A DNA stretch of 64,000 bases from Tubiluchus corallicola (taxonomy: Eukaryota; Animalia; Priapulida), in contig JAQGDQ010000175.1 of the NCBI GenBank assembly GCA_030141605.1, forward strand, positions 372,001-436,000, read 5' to 3'. Within the stretch, counting starts at the first letter, position 1. Every line of letters begins with the position of its first letter. The notes beneath the pieces were generated by a model. The model was not told where the DNA came from. It did no database searches and saw only the letters and a list, made by a program, of their open reading frames with translations. Shown piece after piece: positions 40,570 to 57,539 of the stretch. The translations under genes and the position numbers were made by a program.

Positions 40570-40695
40570 ATCAAAACGAGTGCACCGATAACAGACATAA
40601 TTGTGCATCAGTCGTTGGCCTTTGTCATAACACACCTGGCAGTTTTACTTGTGAATGTGATGAGCACTATTTTGGAGATGGCATTACATGCGAAC
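40570..40695 (+). CDS. Ca-binding EGF exon 5
   Basis: cacag/gtgagt, 126 nt phase 1-1: DQNECTDNRHNCASVVGLCHNTPGSFTCECDEHYFGDGITCE. Confidence 0.88.
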
Positions 40696-41127
40696 GTGAG
40701 TACAAGAAAATTTGAATTGATAAGTAGTATAAATGGGGAAGATTTCCTAGCTCAGCGATTTTTGACTTTTAAGGAAATGAAAGCACTTTGTAAAGAAAGT
40801 CTCTATGGTAATTAAGTTAATTTCGGTAACTTATAACCATACAAGAGTATAATACAGTACATGTTGAAATTAACAATAATAAAATAATTACAAAACCTAA
40901 TTTAGAAAAGGAAGTTATTTTAGTGGGAAAAAATAACTGACGTTACAGAACACATCCCTGTAAAGTTAAGAAACTGCAGCTCTCTGATTATGGAACTGAA
41001 GACAGTAAATGAGAGGTCAACATGTCAGTCTAGTATTAATCTCTGCAACTGGCAAGGCTTATCTATGACATTTGAGTCCATTTTGCGAATCTATAACGAA
41101 TTATGTTAATCATATTTTATCTTTCAG

Positions 41128-41390
41128 GCGTTTTACAAGGTGAATTTAAACTCACCCGGGTGATTTCACAGACTGCTGGAGTAATATCAAGTACACACTC
41201 TCCTGCAGTAGGCAAACGCACAGCAGGACGGCATTCAAAATTAAGTTGTCAAGTTAAATGTATGGAACAACGTTTATGTCAAGGGTTTAGTTATAACACT
41301 GAAACCAATGAGTGTGAAACCAACGCATTTGACAGTGAAGATGCGTCTTTGCTGCGTGATAATTGGGTGTATTACAAGATAAATGACTAA
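41128..41390 (+). CDS. PAN/apple terminal exon of EGF-PAN gene
   Basis: ctttcag acceptor, phase 1; CQVKCMEQRLCQGFSYN...CE...NWVYY PAN pattern; stop at 41388-41390; AATAAA at ~41485. Confidence 0.85.
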
Positions 41391-44300
41391 GTAATGCTTA
41401 AGATTATTAATGAAGATGTTAGTCAATAGAGGAAAAAACAACCTAAATTGAATTGAGAAGTGGCCAATATATAAGAGAAAGCGAATAAATGCATCTATAG
41501 GTTTAGTGGTTTAGTTTATTGCAAGTTTTTGCTTGCGATATAATATATATATAGTGCTTGATATAGGTATAGAAATGAATAAAGAATTAAAGAGACCTTG
41601 AAAGGTAGGCTCACAATGTGTGAAATCTCAGAATCTGTTTCAAACGTAAGCAACATCAAACTCATTTAAACTAGTTAATTGAACAGGCGAACTTAAGGAT
41701 TTTACATGCCGTTTAAAATATGCAGACAAGCGACTCAAAGGGAGTGGGCTATTCCCTGAAATTTAACAGAAACTAATTTAAAAAAATCGTGAGAGTTTTT
41801 CAAGAAACTGAAATTTACTGCAATTTAAACAGTCTGCAGTTTGAGTAACAACTGATAGGTAAAAGTAATCAATTAACGCCTTTATGAAAGAAATTTGACA
41901 AAACTTGCAGTTTGACTGATTGCTATATATATATATATATATATGACAATATACTTATATACTAATTATAGTGCAACATTTTTATAGTGTTTTTGTGCTT
42001 GGATTGTGTAAGCAGAACAGCTATACTAGTGCATGTCTACCTGAAAACACTTGTAGTTTAAAATTGCGTAACAATAAAAGTAATTTAGTTTCATACGACT
42101 GCAAGTACTGCAATTACACACTTGCTTTGTTTATTTACTCGTCCCTAGATGGCAGACAAAAATTGCTGTCACCATAGCAACGCCAACTTTAGCGATTCCC
42201 ATTCTGGCAGTGTGATGTTAGAAGCTACAGTAAGACAATGAATATAGCAGCTTCGTGTCACAAACACCATGGCAACTTATTGTTCCAGCTAAGCTGTGGA
42301 TTGCTGCTACGTGGAATTTTATACAGTTTTTTTTTACAAATTTTAATATCTTTAATGCACAAGAAGTTTATGTCCTGTATTTGCATAAATAACATATTCT
42401 GGTTGTATATTTCATTACTATTTGAAGATGTTGGCTATTTTTGTTCAAGCAGCAGATAATTTAACTGCTTGAAAAAAATTTGCCGGCACGCCTGCCTCAT
42501 GAAAAACGCTTCATTGATTTTACTGAACATAACAGCATAAAGCACTCAATAAATTTACTGAAAACGCACAAAACCTAAAAATGATCTTGACACAAAAACG
42601 TGATCATTACAAAGCTTAAGCACCACTCTTAACAGACCCATTGGCTGCTTTTACCTGCAAAGACGAATATTGTGTAACAAGTGAATCAGGCACAACAGTG
42701 AAACTTCTAATTGCACTATTTACAGTCGCATGTACAGCAAAAACGTTAGATTGTCGGATTACACAATGTTTGCAAAGTATTTCACTTAAAGGTATATGTT
42801 TATGTTTTTCAAAGTGTAATGGAGCAATCACCTGACAGAGCCCGTAAAGAGAGAATGTTAGTAGAATGTGTACATGCGTATGGTAAAATACCTTAATTTA
42901 CCTATTATAACTGGATAAGAACATTGGCTAATAAATAATGAGTATGTAGATGTGAAATAGAGGATGTTGATGAAGGCCAACTGAAAAAATTAGCTTGTCA
43001 AAGTTGCAGTGTTTATATGTATTTGTGGAATAATTTAGTCATATTCAATTTTTATTCGTCAGTGCAAAACAAATTCATTCTTTGCAAATATACTTATTTA
43101 ATAAAGTACTTTAGTTCTTAAGACCTATATTTATAACTGCATCACATGACGTAATTAGCTGGTCTGTTCAGAATATTGACTTTCAGTGCAAAAATACGGG
43201 ATAAGTCTATCTTCCCGAAGCGAAGTAAAACTATATATGTTGAACTTGAAATGTAATTAATGTATAATAAACAAAGTATGTCTGACATCATCGTAATATT
43301 TTAGCTGTATTATGTAATTTGTTTATTTGCACTTTGTGAAACTCATTTATTTCACGTATACCTGACGAAGGAACAGTAGAGTATGTTAATAAGCTAGGGG
43401 AAGTAAACTACCTTACAGAATTCACTAATTTATTTAAGCAATAAATGAGTCAATAAACCGAAAAAAATGTTATTAGTTATATATTAAACTTGGATATGAA
43501 AAGCAACAGCGTGGTGGCAAAGGTAACCTGGTTTTCTGACAACTTGAGACTTGGGTATGTGGATGCTGAGTGAGATACATGACAGAAGATTATGCACATA
43601 ACAAGTAAAAAAAACTCAAGAGTACAGCCGTAGATTGCGTTTGGAAATGCCGATTCCAAATTACAGGAATTAGAGAGAGATCAACGTCGATTGCAAAAAA
43701 TATGAAATCGGAGGAAACTGAAAAAACATAAACTTCACTGAGTTACATTTTATATACTAAATTTCATTATAATTTTATGTGCTATAATAAAATGACAATA
43801 AATTGCTTACTCACTTACTTTGCAACTGATTAGGGGTGAAAACTGAAAAACAATGAAAGTATAATAAGGGAACTGAAATCAATTGTTCTGAGAAGCTCCC
43901 CACATTTGCACTAAAATGTTGCAGTTTTGTGTAAAAATATCAGCTTATTAGATTTCCATATGATATTGCCTAGGAGAAAGTGGGTAAAATTTGAATCATG
44001 GTGGTAAACAAATTTTAAAAAGAGTCTTCGAGATCCCAAAATTGTCATAGAATAAATTAAGGAACATTGAAGTTGGTATGCAGCAAGACAAGAGAATTTC
44101 CTGGCGAACAGCACTTAAAAATTCATTAAACTTATTCTTTACCAGTATATTACCGCTGCGCCCGCGCAGACATGCACAGACACAGACTTTTCTGTCTGCA
44201 CGCTGTACGTCCGCAAAAGTTGTTTCCACTGGGTCCGAATTCATTCCGTACAACGCCTCTTAAATGCACAAAGTTTTAGCAAGAAATCCTGAACATGAAA

Positions 44301-44936
44301 CTTTCTAGAAGAAAGAATAATTTATTTTGCTGTGGGTCTGTGGTAGTTAAATGAACACCAAGGCGAATCAACAAGTTGTAATGGATGAAGAAAAATGCAT
44401 AAGCTATTTGAAAATGCAACCTGCAACCTTACGTATCTTATTTGATTAAATGTTCGGGATTATATTTCACCTGAACAGCACCTTGTTGTTACGTTAAGGT
44501 AAGCAAAGCCTACAACTAATTAACTGTACCTTGAAATTAATTACAGTATTTAAAATTTTTATAATTATTATTATTATACGCAATTGTATATTATTTTAGT
44601 ATTAAATAATAGTACTATACTATATGTAATTGTAATTATGAATAAGACTTGCAATAAAAATTTGGATAGCGTACAGTGGAATTACTTTAAATCTTCTGTT
44701 GGTTCAGTCCCTGGCAGCAGCAAAGTATATTGCAAAATTGCATATATGTATATATTCAATATCCAACGGAAAGAAGCGAAAATTCGATTTGGTCTCGGAC
44801 CATATGGGTGTGGCTTCGTTGTTTCAATGCAGCTAAAAATTGTAGTATACGATAGTAACAAATTTACTATGAACAATTACCAGAAAATGTGAACAGCAGC
44901 AGTAACAGCAACGGCAATGCCAACAACAACGACAAG

Positions 44937-44969
<33 letters not shown>

Positions 44970-45449
44970 AACAACAACAAATTGCAATAGAAATAATAGA
45001 AATAGGTCGATTACTGTTTATGCGTCACTATCAGTAGTAAAAATTTCACAAAACACTTTGGGTCTGTTTTAAACAGAAAGTGCATTTAGAAATATAACTT
45101 AACATTTATGTACCAACATAATATATTATCTTATGGATAGCGTGGGAAGCGTTTTCACGTGAGAAAGTATCGCTCTTAGATTTTGGAACATTTTAGTGGT
45201 TTATTCGCACACTACAACACCGCTTTTCAATTCAACCTAAAGACATTATTTCCTGGAGGACGTACAATGTCTATAATTTTGATGGAGACTACGTGATATA
45301 ATCTAAACTTCTTTTCTTTTTTGCCTATTGATATGAGGATGACTTTATGTCATTAAAAAACATGAAATTTAGAGAACAATAATTAGTATCTGAACTTTAA
45401 CATTTACAAGATTAATATTAAAATCACAAGCTAACAAAAAATGTTTTGC

Positions 45450-45950
45450 TTAAAGTTTAGCATGATTAATAGAATGAGACAGTTTGTCAATAAAAACAGG
45501 CACCGAATTACCTGGAGGCCGATAGGCCGTTCTGATACAATAAAAGTGATACAAATAACTTTTTTCCAAAGTGTTATGAATCTCTACAAATGAGGTTTCA
45601 ATGTCATCATCACAGATTTGTAAATCACTACGTAGAAAAAAAGTTATATCATTACCAATGAGCATGGCAGCTCCCCCTCTACGATTATCTCTCTTAGCAA
45701 ATACAAAAGTATTTCCAGGCTGAGAAAATGCAAAAGAAAATTTATCATAAAACCAGGTTTCAGTTAGAGCAACTACAAAGAAATTTGCTTGCAGTAAATC
45801 TCTGTAGGCATGTAAGGAATCAAATTTGGAAAGAAGACTTTGCATATTTAAGTGCATTAGAGAAAAGGAATTGTCGAATTTTAAATTTAATAAAAAGGAG
45901 TTAAACTGTTTATCATTATAGTACTTACTGCCACACGACAAATTCACGTG
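45450..45950 (-). mobile_element. Non-LTR retrotransposon APE endonuclease fragment (CR1/L2-like group)
   Basis: HLNMQSL..KFD, VVALTETW, RRGGAAMLI and YRPPG motifs; truncated, no RT domain. Confidence 0.85.
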
Positions 45951-46969
45951 ATTAAAAAAAATCACTATCAGGATCACTTCGGTTATTCTCATCAAAATAA
46001 TTATCAAGGTAATAATTGTCAAACAGTTGCAGTACAAAATTATTGTTATTGATGATAGAGCCTACAGAAAACCGTGTTAGAATGCTGATTATTACGTAAG
46101 GATTTGGTAAATGCTCTGCATGGGAATCTGATCATGGTATGTGCAAGGAATGAAATGAAACAAGTAAAAAAATAAATAAGACTGGGAAGAGTGAAAGTAA
46201 ATAAATCAAAATATTAGTAAATAGATGTGTATATAACATAAAAGGTTTAAAATAGATTGATAATTACCAGGTTTAGAGAATGTTTTTAAAATGTGCACAA
46301 GTGATAAGCTAGAAACAACCATATTGTCAGCCATCTTGAAAGTTTCGGCCATATTGGACGAATATCGATTGCCTCCATATAATTACCTTTATGAGCTCTA
46401 GTACTGTGTAAAGATTCATATTTTTGAATCAAAATGAGTGTTTTTTTCACCATCTTGATATACCTAATGTCCATTCATTGTGGTTAAAAAGCTGCCATCT
46501 TTTTTGATGTCGATAGGCCGTGCTCAAATTTTGGCCTAATTTTGATACGTTATTCTCTGGGTGAAAGAGTGAAAGTAAATAAATTAGCAGATTAGCAAAA
46601 AATGAGCATATAACATAAAAGTTTGTTATTTGAATGCAAATCTTGAGCAATAATTACCAGGTTAAGGGAATGTTTCCAGAAAGGTGCATAAAAATAGATC
46701 ATCTAGCACCCTTTGATGCATGGCGGTAAAAATAATAAATAATCAGAAAGCTGAGAATTTTTTTAGCTTTTTGAAAGTCCTTTAGTTCAATAACTGCATC
46801 TGTTATTCAGCACATGGCATTTTAAGATTTAGATTATGGTATTCATAATGTCAGCCCTTGGGGTAGAAAATCCAAAGCAAGCTTTTTCAAATATTGTCAC
46901 ATAATGAGTAAGAAACAAGGAATTTACATAGGTAGAGAATGTACTGCGGTGATTGCATCCGTGTCTGAT

Positions 46970-48600
46970 GCTTAAATCCCAATATAATATCACCCCATTT
47001 CAAGATGGTAGATAAGATGGCAGCAAACGTTGCACAAAATGACGGAATTGCTCATTCAAACTAACTTTGGGCATTGAGCTAATCGAAAAGATGGCCGAGA
47101 GGATGGCTGTTGCTCGCTCATAAGGGTATATCTATTGGGAATCGTGAACAAAGTCTACAGGTTTTATCAATTAACATGCATGTACTGTCACACGGTAGCA
47201 AGGTTATATCTGAATGCTGATATGGCTTCACAAATGAATATTGCAGCTACTGTAACAGTATTGTGAAAGTTGTAACTGTATATTTTTAGGTGCTGCCATC
47301 TATTGACTAATCACTTTACATTTTCTAGCTAAACTCACCCCTAGTACAATTGTTCGGTCCAGTGAATATGCATACTCACTGGATCTCCCCCTATTTTACT
47401 GTAATGGTACTTGTGAAGCCAAGTTTGCATAATTACTTCTACCTATGTATACTGGCTGGATTCTACTTCTAGTCACTCCCTGTCACGCTCTCAGTGCAGT
47501 GCAGTGCAGTCGATCTACTTATGTGACTCTCTGTCACGTTCTCAGTGCAGTGCAGTCGTGCTACACACTGTCTACCTCACACTCTCAGTGCAGTGCAGCA
47601 GTTGTGATCCTCATTTTACTCATGTGTATTTAGTATAATAAACGTGTTTCAGTTTTTGTGCAGATATGTAATATAGTGTTTATTCGTTTTCTACAAAGTA
47701 TTCAACTTCAACCTCATACATGACTTTCACCAGTATTATATAATGCGTAGGTACATTTCTACACTCTGCTTAATGTTTGGAACAGGCAAATAACTTACGT
47801 ATAAAGCTTTTCATGAAATTGCGATGCTCTTGGTTCCGTTTTGTCATCTACTACTGATTTCGACCAGATTTCATTTTTTGACAGGAGCAGGAAAAGATAG
47901 TCTGTTCTGTGTGGCACGTGTGGAAGAGGTAACTCCAATATAATGAAGCCAACTCATGCTTCACGGTGACAGTTGACAAAGCACATAAAGACTTGCCCAC
48001 AAAGAAAAAGTGTCAATAGATCAATTGATGTAATGTTAGAGCATACTGAACAGGTTGTACATCAAGCAAAACTATTGGGATCTGGCACTGAACTGCACTA
48101 AACTTTATTATTAGCATTCGACACATGCTGGAAAAGTTTTACTAAATTGATAAGGAAATCACACAGGATTTTGCATTCTGAATCATCAAAAGAGTGTCAA
48201 CAACTTATTGCTGCTACCAACAGAAGACATTAAGCAGAGCGTATTAATCCTACCTAACACGTATTATAATAATACGGTAGCTGCAATATTCATTCGGGAA
48301 ACCACCATATCATCATTCAAACATAACCTTGCTCTGTTGTGACAGTATGTGCATGTTATTTGACAGAACAGGTAGACTTTGCTCACTATTCCTGGAAGAT
48401 ATAGCCCTTAAGTGACAGTAACAGCCATTTTGTCTGCCGTCTTTTCGATTGGCTCCATACCAAAAAATAATCAACTGGATGGGTTTTAGCATTGTGCAAA
48501 ATTTTATGCTTTTAAAGCCAAATGACCAATTCCGTCATTTTGAGCAAGTCAACTTACCCGCTATCTTCAAATGGGGAAATATTTCAAGGGCATTTAAGCA
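46970..48600. repeat. Diverged ~280-bp inverted repeat pair (~46970-47255 / ~48275-48600) with an LTR-like TGTAAC...CATACA segment at 47251-47719
   Basis: GCAAGGTTAT...GAATATTGCAGCTAC versus GTAGCTGCAATATTC...ATAACCTTGC; AATAAA at ~47637; no TSD found. Confidence 0.55.
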
Positions 48601-48676
48601 TCGGGTATAGATCTTTTTGACACAAAAACTATTATCCTGTAGGCTCTGCTAGTTAAGACGTAGCCCATGTAAGCTA

Positions 48677-52191
<3,515 letters not shown>

Positions 52192-52247
52192 CAAAGCATT
52201 AAGCAGAGCATTATTCAAACATAACCTTGCTATGTTGTGACAGTATG

Positions 52248-55200
52248 GAAACAGCAATCTGGAAACTTGTGGCCATATTGGACGAATTTGAGTTGACTCC
52301 ATAATCAAAATTAATTGCGACAATGAGCTCTAGCACTGTATAAAGTTTCATACTTTTAAATCGAAATGAGTATTTTCTCACAATCTTGATAGCTTAAATG
52401 CCATTCATTTTGGTCAAAAAGTAGCCATCACTAGGCCCTTTGCAGTGCTCAAATTTCGGCCTAGTTTTGATATGTTATTCTCTGGACCAAATGCTGTAAG
52501 AAGGCATCAAGTATTATATAATGCGTAGGTATACTGCTACACTCTGCTTAATGTCTGGAACAGGCAAATGCCTTAGGTATATAGCTTTTCATTAAACTGT
52601 GAATGCAGTTGGTCCTGTTTTGTCTTCTTCTACATCTATAAAACAAAATGCCTCTTACATGACATACTAATAGGTAAAGGAGCGATTTGATTGAAGAAAG
52701 TTTTGCGGAAAGACATGTATTTTAAAAATGGACAAAATCCAGTTCTTTTACAAAGTTTCAAGTACTTTAAGAGTAAACAAAGTTGAAAAAGCTCCAGGTC
52801 CATCACATGAATATATGAAAAGTGACTGATGCAATGAGCATGACAAAGACTGTGCAGATGATGGTCAATTACACCAAGCATCAGACATTTTGTGCACCGT
52901 AAAATGAGATTTGCCTGAATTCACTGGAAAATAACAACTGGCTTTTCCAGGAACCATAGCATCTGGCATCATGTTTACTCAAGCATGACATCTGGCTTTA
53001 TGTTTACTATCACTTGACAATTGACATTGTTTACTAAACATATCAATTTTTGAGCCACATATCGAAGATTATTGCCTATTTTTGGGCGTTCAGCAATTTT
53101 AGCACGAAATTTGGTTTTCATTGTTCTAATTTGCTTTAAACAACTGAATAAACAAACATGGCTGCAGATACTGTAATTTGTGGCTCATAACAAACCTGTT
53201 TGCAATGTTTTATTTTTCTGCCATTTGTTATGGCAGATCTGTCTTCAAAAACTTTTCAATAGAAAAAAGTTTTCTGAAAGGGAGGTAAAGGAAGTAAAAG
53301 CTGCTTAGCTTAAGCTTGGTGCACATTTTGGGAAAGATGTGTGAAAGATGGCTCAAACGTAATTAGTCATGTTCTGAGCACAAGAATGGCTGATGTGAAA
53401 ATAACAAGATGCCGAATTAATAACCAAAATACCAATCATTTTCTGGCAAGAATGCAAATCAGGTTAGAATGTTTATCAACAGTCTACAAGTACACAGGTT
53501 TAACCTAATTTTATTCAAGAAATTGCATTACTGTGACTTTAAATAAAGTGTAGTACCACTTTCTATGAATTAAACAATTGCAAGCATGGAATATCACGCT
53601 TTGAAACTTTAGACATTTTTTTGACATCAGCTCATTTTTGTGCTCAAACAGAAGTAAAATAAGAAAGTGAAGCATTTTTCTGACTGCCTAAAATAAAAGT
53701 GAGTTCCTCGCTGGCTGCATCCATCGCTTTCGCAGAAACAAAGAATTGCTTCAATGGCATTTTATTCACATTAGCGCACAGTTAATAACGTATTCACTTG
53801 CTTCACAAAATATTACACAAATGCACTGAAAACACCGTGAAACGTGCGCACAAGCTCTATATCTATTTTTTATTTACCCGAATTTTACCACAGAAATAAT
53901 ATTGAAATCTCACGAAAATTCACATATTCCACATAAGAAATTCAGAAAATATTAACACAACAAAACATAGTGAAATGCTAACGTTCAAAAAAATTTTCCA
54001 ACAAAATCAACTCACGAGATATTTGCACAAAATGTGGTGAGAAACTCACAAAAATGTTGACATTTACAAAAATAATTTTGCAAAACCTGACTACTGTATT
54101 ATCTGTGCAGATTAAAAACCAAAAGAACAAGACGGTGTTTTATTCACAGCGATTTTTGCGCAGTGTTGAGTTTAGCGCAAGAGAAGCAAGCAGCGCTCCT
54201 TTTGCGGTTAAATACGTTTAAGAAACCACGCCCATAAGTCACTGCCTATGAATACTCACGCCCCATGTGTTCATTGGTGCATCAACACCAGCAGTTGATT
54301 GGTCGTATCTTGGCGTAACGTAAGCTTATTGGTTCAGTTAATTTTACCTTAACTTAACAACATGACTGTAAACGTAGAAAAGCTTACTAAAAATCACACA
54401 AAAATGTAATTTTGGTTTTTGCAAAGAGATGGCAGCACAGTGTCTTCTTACCTAGAGTCCCTGTATATTTATTGCGTAGTGCTTAGCGAGATGATCTTTA
54501 AATCAAAATGAATTTATTTTTTTGCAATAATTGCGATGATGGTGATGATTCATCAAAATATAATTAAATTTTGTCACGTTAGCTTAAATTATTGTCTTTG
54601 CATGAATAAATGAATATTTTTCTTGAATCATGTTACTAAATAATTTCAAAACTGAATTGAGATATTGCATTAGATTAATTTTACCTTGACTTAAGGTTCT
54701 GTCTGTCACCAATTACGATCTGTATACACAGAAATGTTTACTAGAAATTCAATCAAATGTAATTTTGGTTTTTGCTTATAGAAAGCAGCACAATAGCCTG
54801 TCTAGTTAAAATCCCTATATTTACTACGTAGTGCTTTTGTAATATTTTTATGCTGCAGCTGCTGCTGCTGATGATGATGAACGATGATGTTAACACCCTA
54901 TTAATCTGTATAAAATACAAATAAATTTTCTCACGTTCGTTTGTAATAATTTCTTTTATCTTGTTTCAATAAATAAATTAAAAGAATTTTAAATTTGCTT
55001 TCATTATGTTACTAAATAATTTCAAAATTGTATTGAGATATTCGTATAAAATAAAAGTAGATTTTGAGAAAGTGGATTTAAATACTTTTCTTGCTGAGCT
55101 ATGTTATTTTGGATTAACAAAAATAGAAAATAAAATGGCCGCTATTCAAAGTTCAAATCAATTTAAAATTTCAGTGAATATTTTATATAAAAAATATATA

Positions 55201-55455
55201 ATTAGATAGATTAATATCTTGCTTGCTGAGCCACGGGATCTTATTTTTTATTTTTTAAAAACCTCAAAAAGTGGCTGCAGTAAATCAATTACGGCATTTA
55301 AAATATTGTGGAAAAACAAACAACAATGCCTACAAAACTGTATTTAAGATTGATAAGCTGGCTTCGTTTACACATTTCTTTTAACAAACTCGAATTTGCG
55401 TTTTGGTCACCAAAGTTTAAAAAGCGAAATTACCCTTAAGGTAAGCGATAAATTG

Positions 55456-55489
<34 letters not shown>

Positions 55490-55768
55490 GAACAAGAACA
55501 ACAACAACAACAACAACAGCAACACAAACAACAAAAACGTTAAAAAGTAGTTTTTAGGCTCTTGAGTTTAAGTACGTACCAGTTTTATCTGAAGGTCGTT
55601 CATTGCCTTGCCTTTGTCGGCAGCAATAAAATCATAAATCTTGTCAACTGAAATCAGGCAAAAGTTGATTCAATATTATTTATGATGCGCCTCGAACATG
55701 CTCAGTGTTCTAATCTAAAATAGTAGAAAAGGTTACTGGCCAAAGTATCTTCTCAAGGTAAATGTTTT
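52248..55768 (+). repeat. Tandem segmental duplication copy 2
   Basis: See copy 1; shorter (CAA)n tract and small indels. Confidence 0.96.
55577..55757 (+). pseudogene. Decayed C-type-lectin-like exon (copies at 52001-52180, 58568-58734, 62299-62470)
   Basis: IIYDAPRTCSVF*...G-LAKVSSQ|gtaa with stops and frameshifts; ttaatag acceptors at two of the copies; domain identity is pattern-based only. Confidence 0.45.
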
Positions 55769-57345
55769 TCTGATATTTTTGTGTTGATTTATGTTACAGA
55801 GTTATGATAAATCAGCAGTATTATATGGTAGAATTCTTCTGAAAAAACTGAAACAAAGCAAGCTTATTTGTTTACTAAATAACGTGTTCATCCGTCATCT
55901 ATTTTCCTCTTCAATTCATTATTTTTTACCAAGATGTAGTATATCAGGCGCTGTTCCATTCATATTTAATAAGTGACCTTCATTCTGCATGCCGTGTTTC
56001 ACTAGTTTCAAATATCTTCACGTTCGTGAAAATGCAGGGACTGGAGTTTAAAATCTTTTAGCGGTTTTACTCTTTGACAAGTGCAAACAGCTATGCTGAA
56101 TTAAAGTTTTTCACATTGTGAGCTAAAGTTTCCCCCGAGGACATTTCTGCAATGCTGGTAACGCCTATAATGCACAAGAGAGATTAGTGTTACATGACAG
56201 AGTCTAGACGGAAGATTAATGATGGCATCGAATTCCATTACCTGGGTTTACTATAACTATTGGTGTAAACGTCTCAAAGAATGCCTTTACGTGAAAGTCT
56301 ATATAATGTGCGGGTATGCGTGAATGCATGCATGGTTTGAGTGTGTGTGTATGCGTGGTTTGAGAGTGTGTGTGTGTGTGTTTTTATGTGAGATGATGTG
56401 TGCGTGTATGCGTGTGTGGTGTGTGCACATTACATGCGGGTGTATGTGCATGTGTATCAAATAGTCAGCGTACAAGGATTCTACTTTTGGTTAGAGTATT
56501 TGAGCAATTTCCTACCTCACACTTTGCTTTATAAGCAATAAGTTAAAAATATTTATGCTACGCGCAGAACCAATGAAATAACTTATTTGTAAATTTAAAA
56601 GTTTCGCCATTCAGTGACCACTAAAATCCGTAGACAAAATTACTCACTAAGATCAAACTTAAATGTTTGACAAAATGAAAAATACTTTATAATCGTTTAA
56701 ATGCATAATTACTTGAAATACCACGAGTTTCAATTGATAATCAATCATAATTTTACATGGCGATTTAAAAGCAGTAGATAAATGAAATTAAACTTAAAAG
56801 CAAATTCTGCAATTTAATTACAATAAAAATGCGAATCATGTAAAACTATTAGGCTAGTAAACTAAGATAAGATTAACTAAGCTAATGTAATACTCCAAAT
56901 AGCAAAGTAGCAGCAAAATAAAAAAAAGCAAATGCCACTTTACAAAACGCTTCCAGAAATATAGATCTACTTTGAGCTGTTTTATTGGCCAGTAACCTTT
57001 CCAGCGCTTTGAATTGGAATTCCTTAAGTTAAGACAGCTGAATGGTCCTGCCTTATTTGAACGTGAATTAACATATTGCGTTTTTCATGCTAAGTTAGGG
57101 TACTTGTACGATTAAACATTTGAATATTAAAATGTTTCCAATTATTGTATGCAAAAAATTAATTTTCCGTTTGTAAATACCAGAATGTAACTTCCAATAA
57201 ACTGATGATCACAAAGTTAAATTATGATTTTTTTTATTTTTTATGATAATCCTAATTGTCTTCACAATGCACGTTAAGCCCCGCTAACATGTCCATTCTC
57301 ATTCTCATAAGAGTTAAGCAGATTTTGCTGTAACAAAACATTTAT

Positions 57346-57347
<2 letters not shown>

Positions 57348-57441
<94 letters not shown>
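57348..57441. repeat. (TAA)n microsatellite
   Basis: Direct inspection. Confidence 0.97.
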
Positions 57442-57442
<1 letters not shown>

Positions 57443-57539
57443 TGTTTGAGTTTAAAGAAGATTTTGCAGTATATATTGCAAAATATTAAAAAATATTATT
57501 GACCTTGAGCTGTTATTTTTCGTCAAGAATCTCTTACAT

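Larger units (their letters stand above)
39585..44465 (+). repeat. Right arm of large inverted segmental duplication
   Basis: Reverse complement of 31009-35962; outer end TCGGGATTATAT matches ATATAATCCCGA at 31009. Confidence 0.97.
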
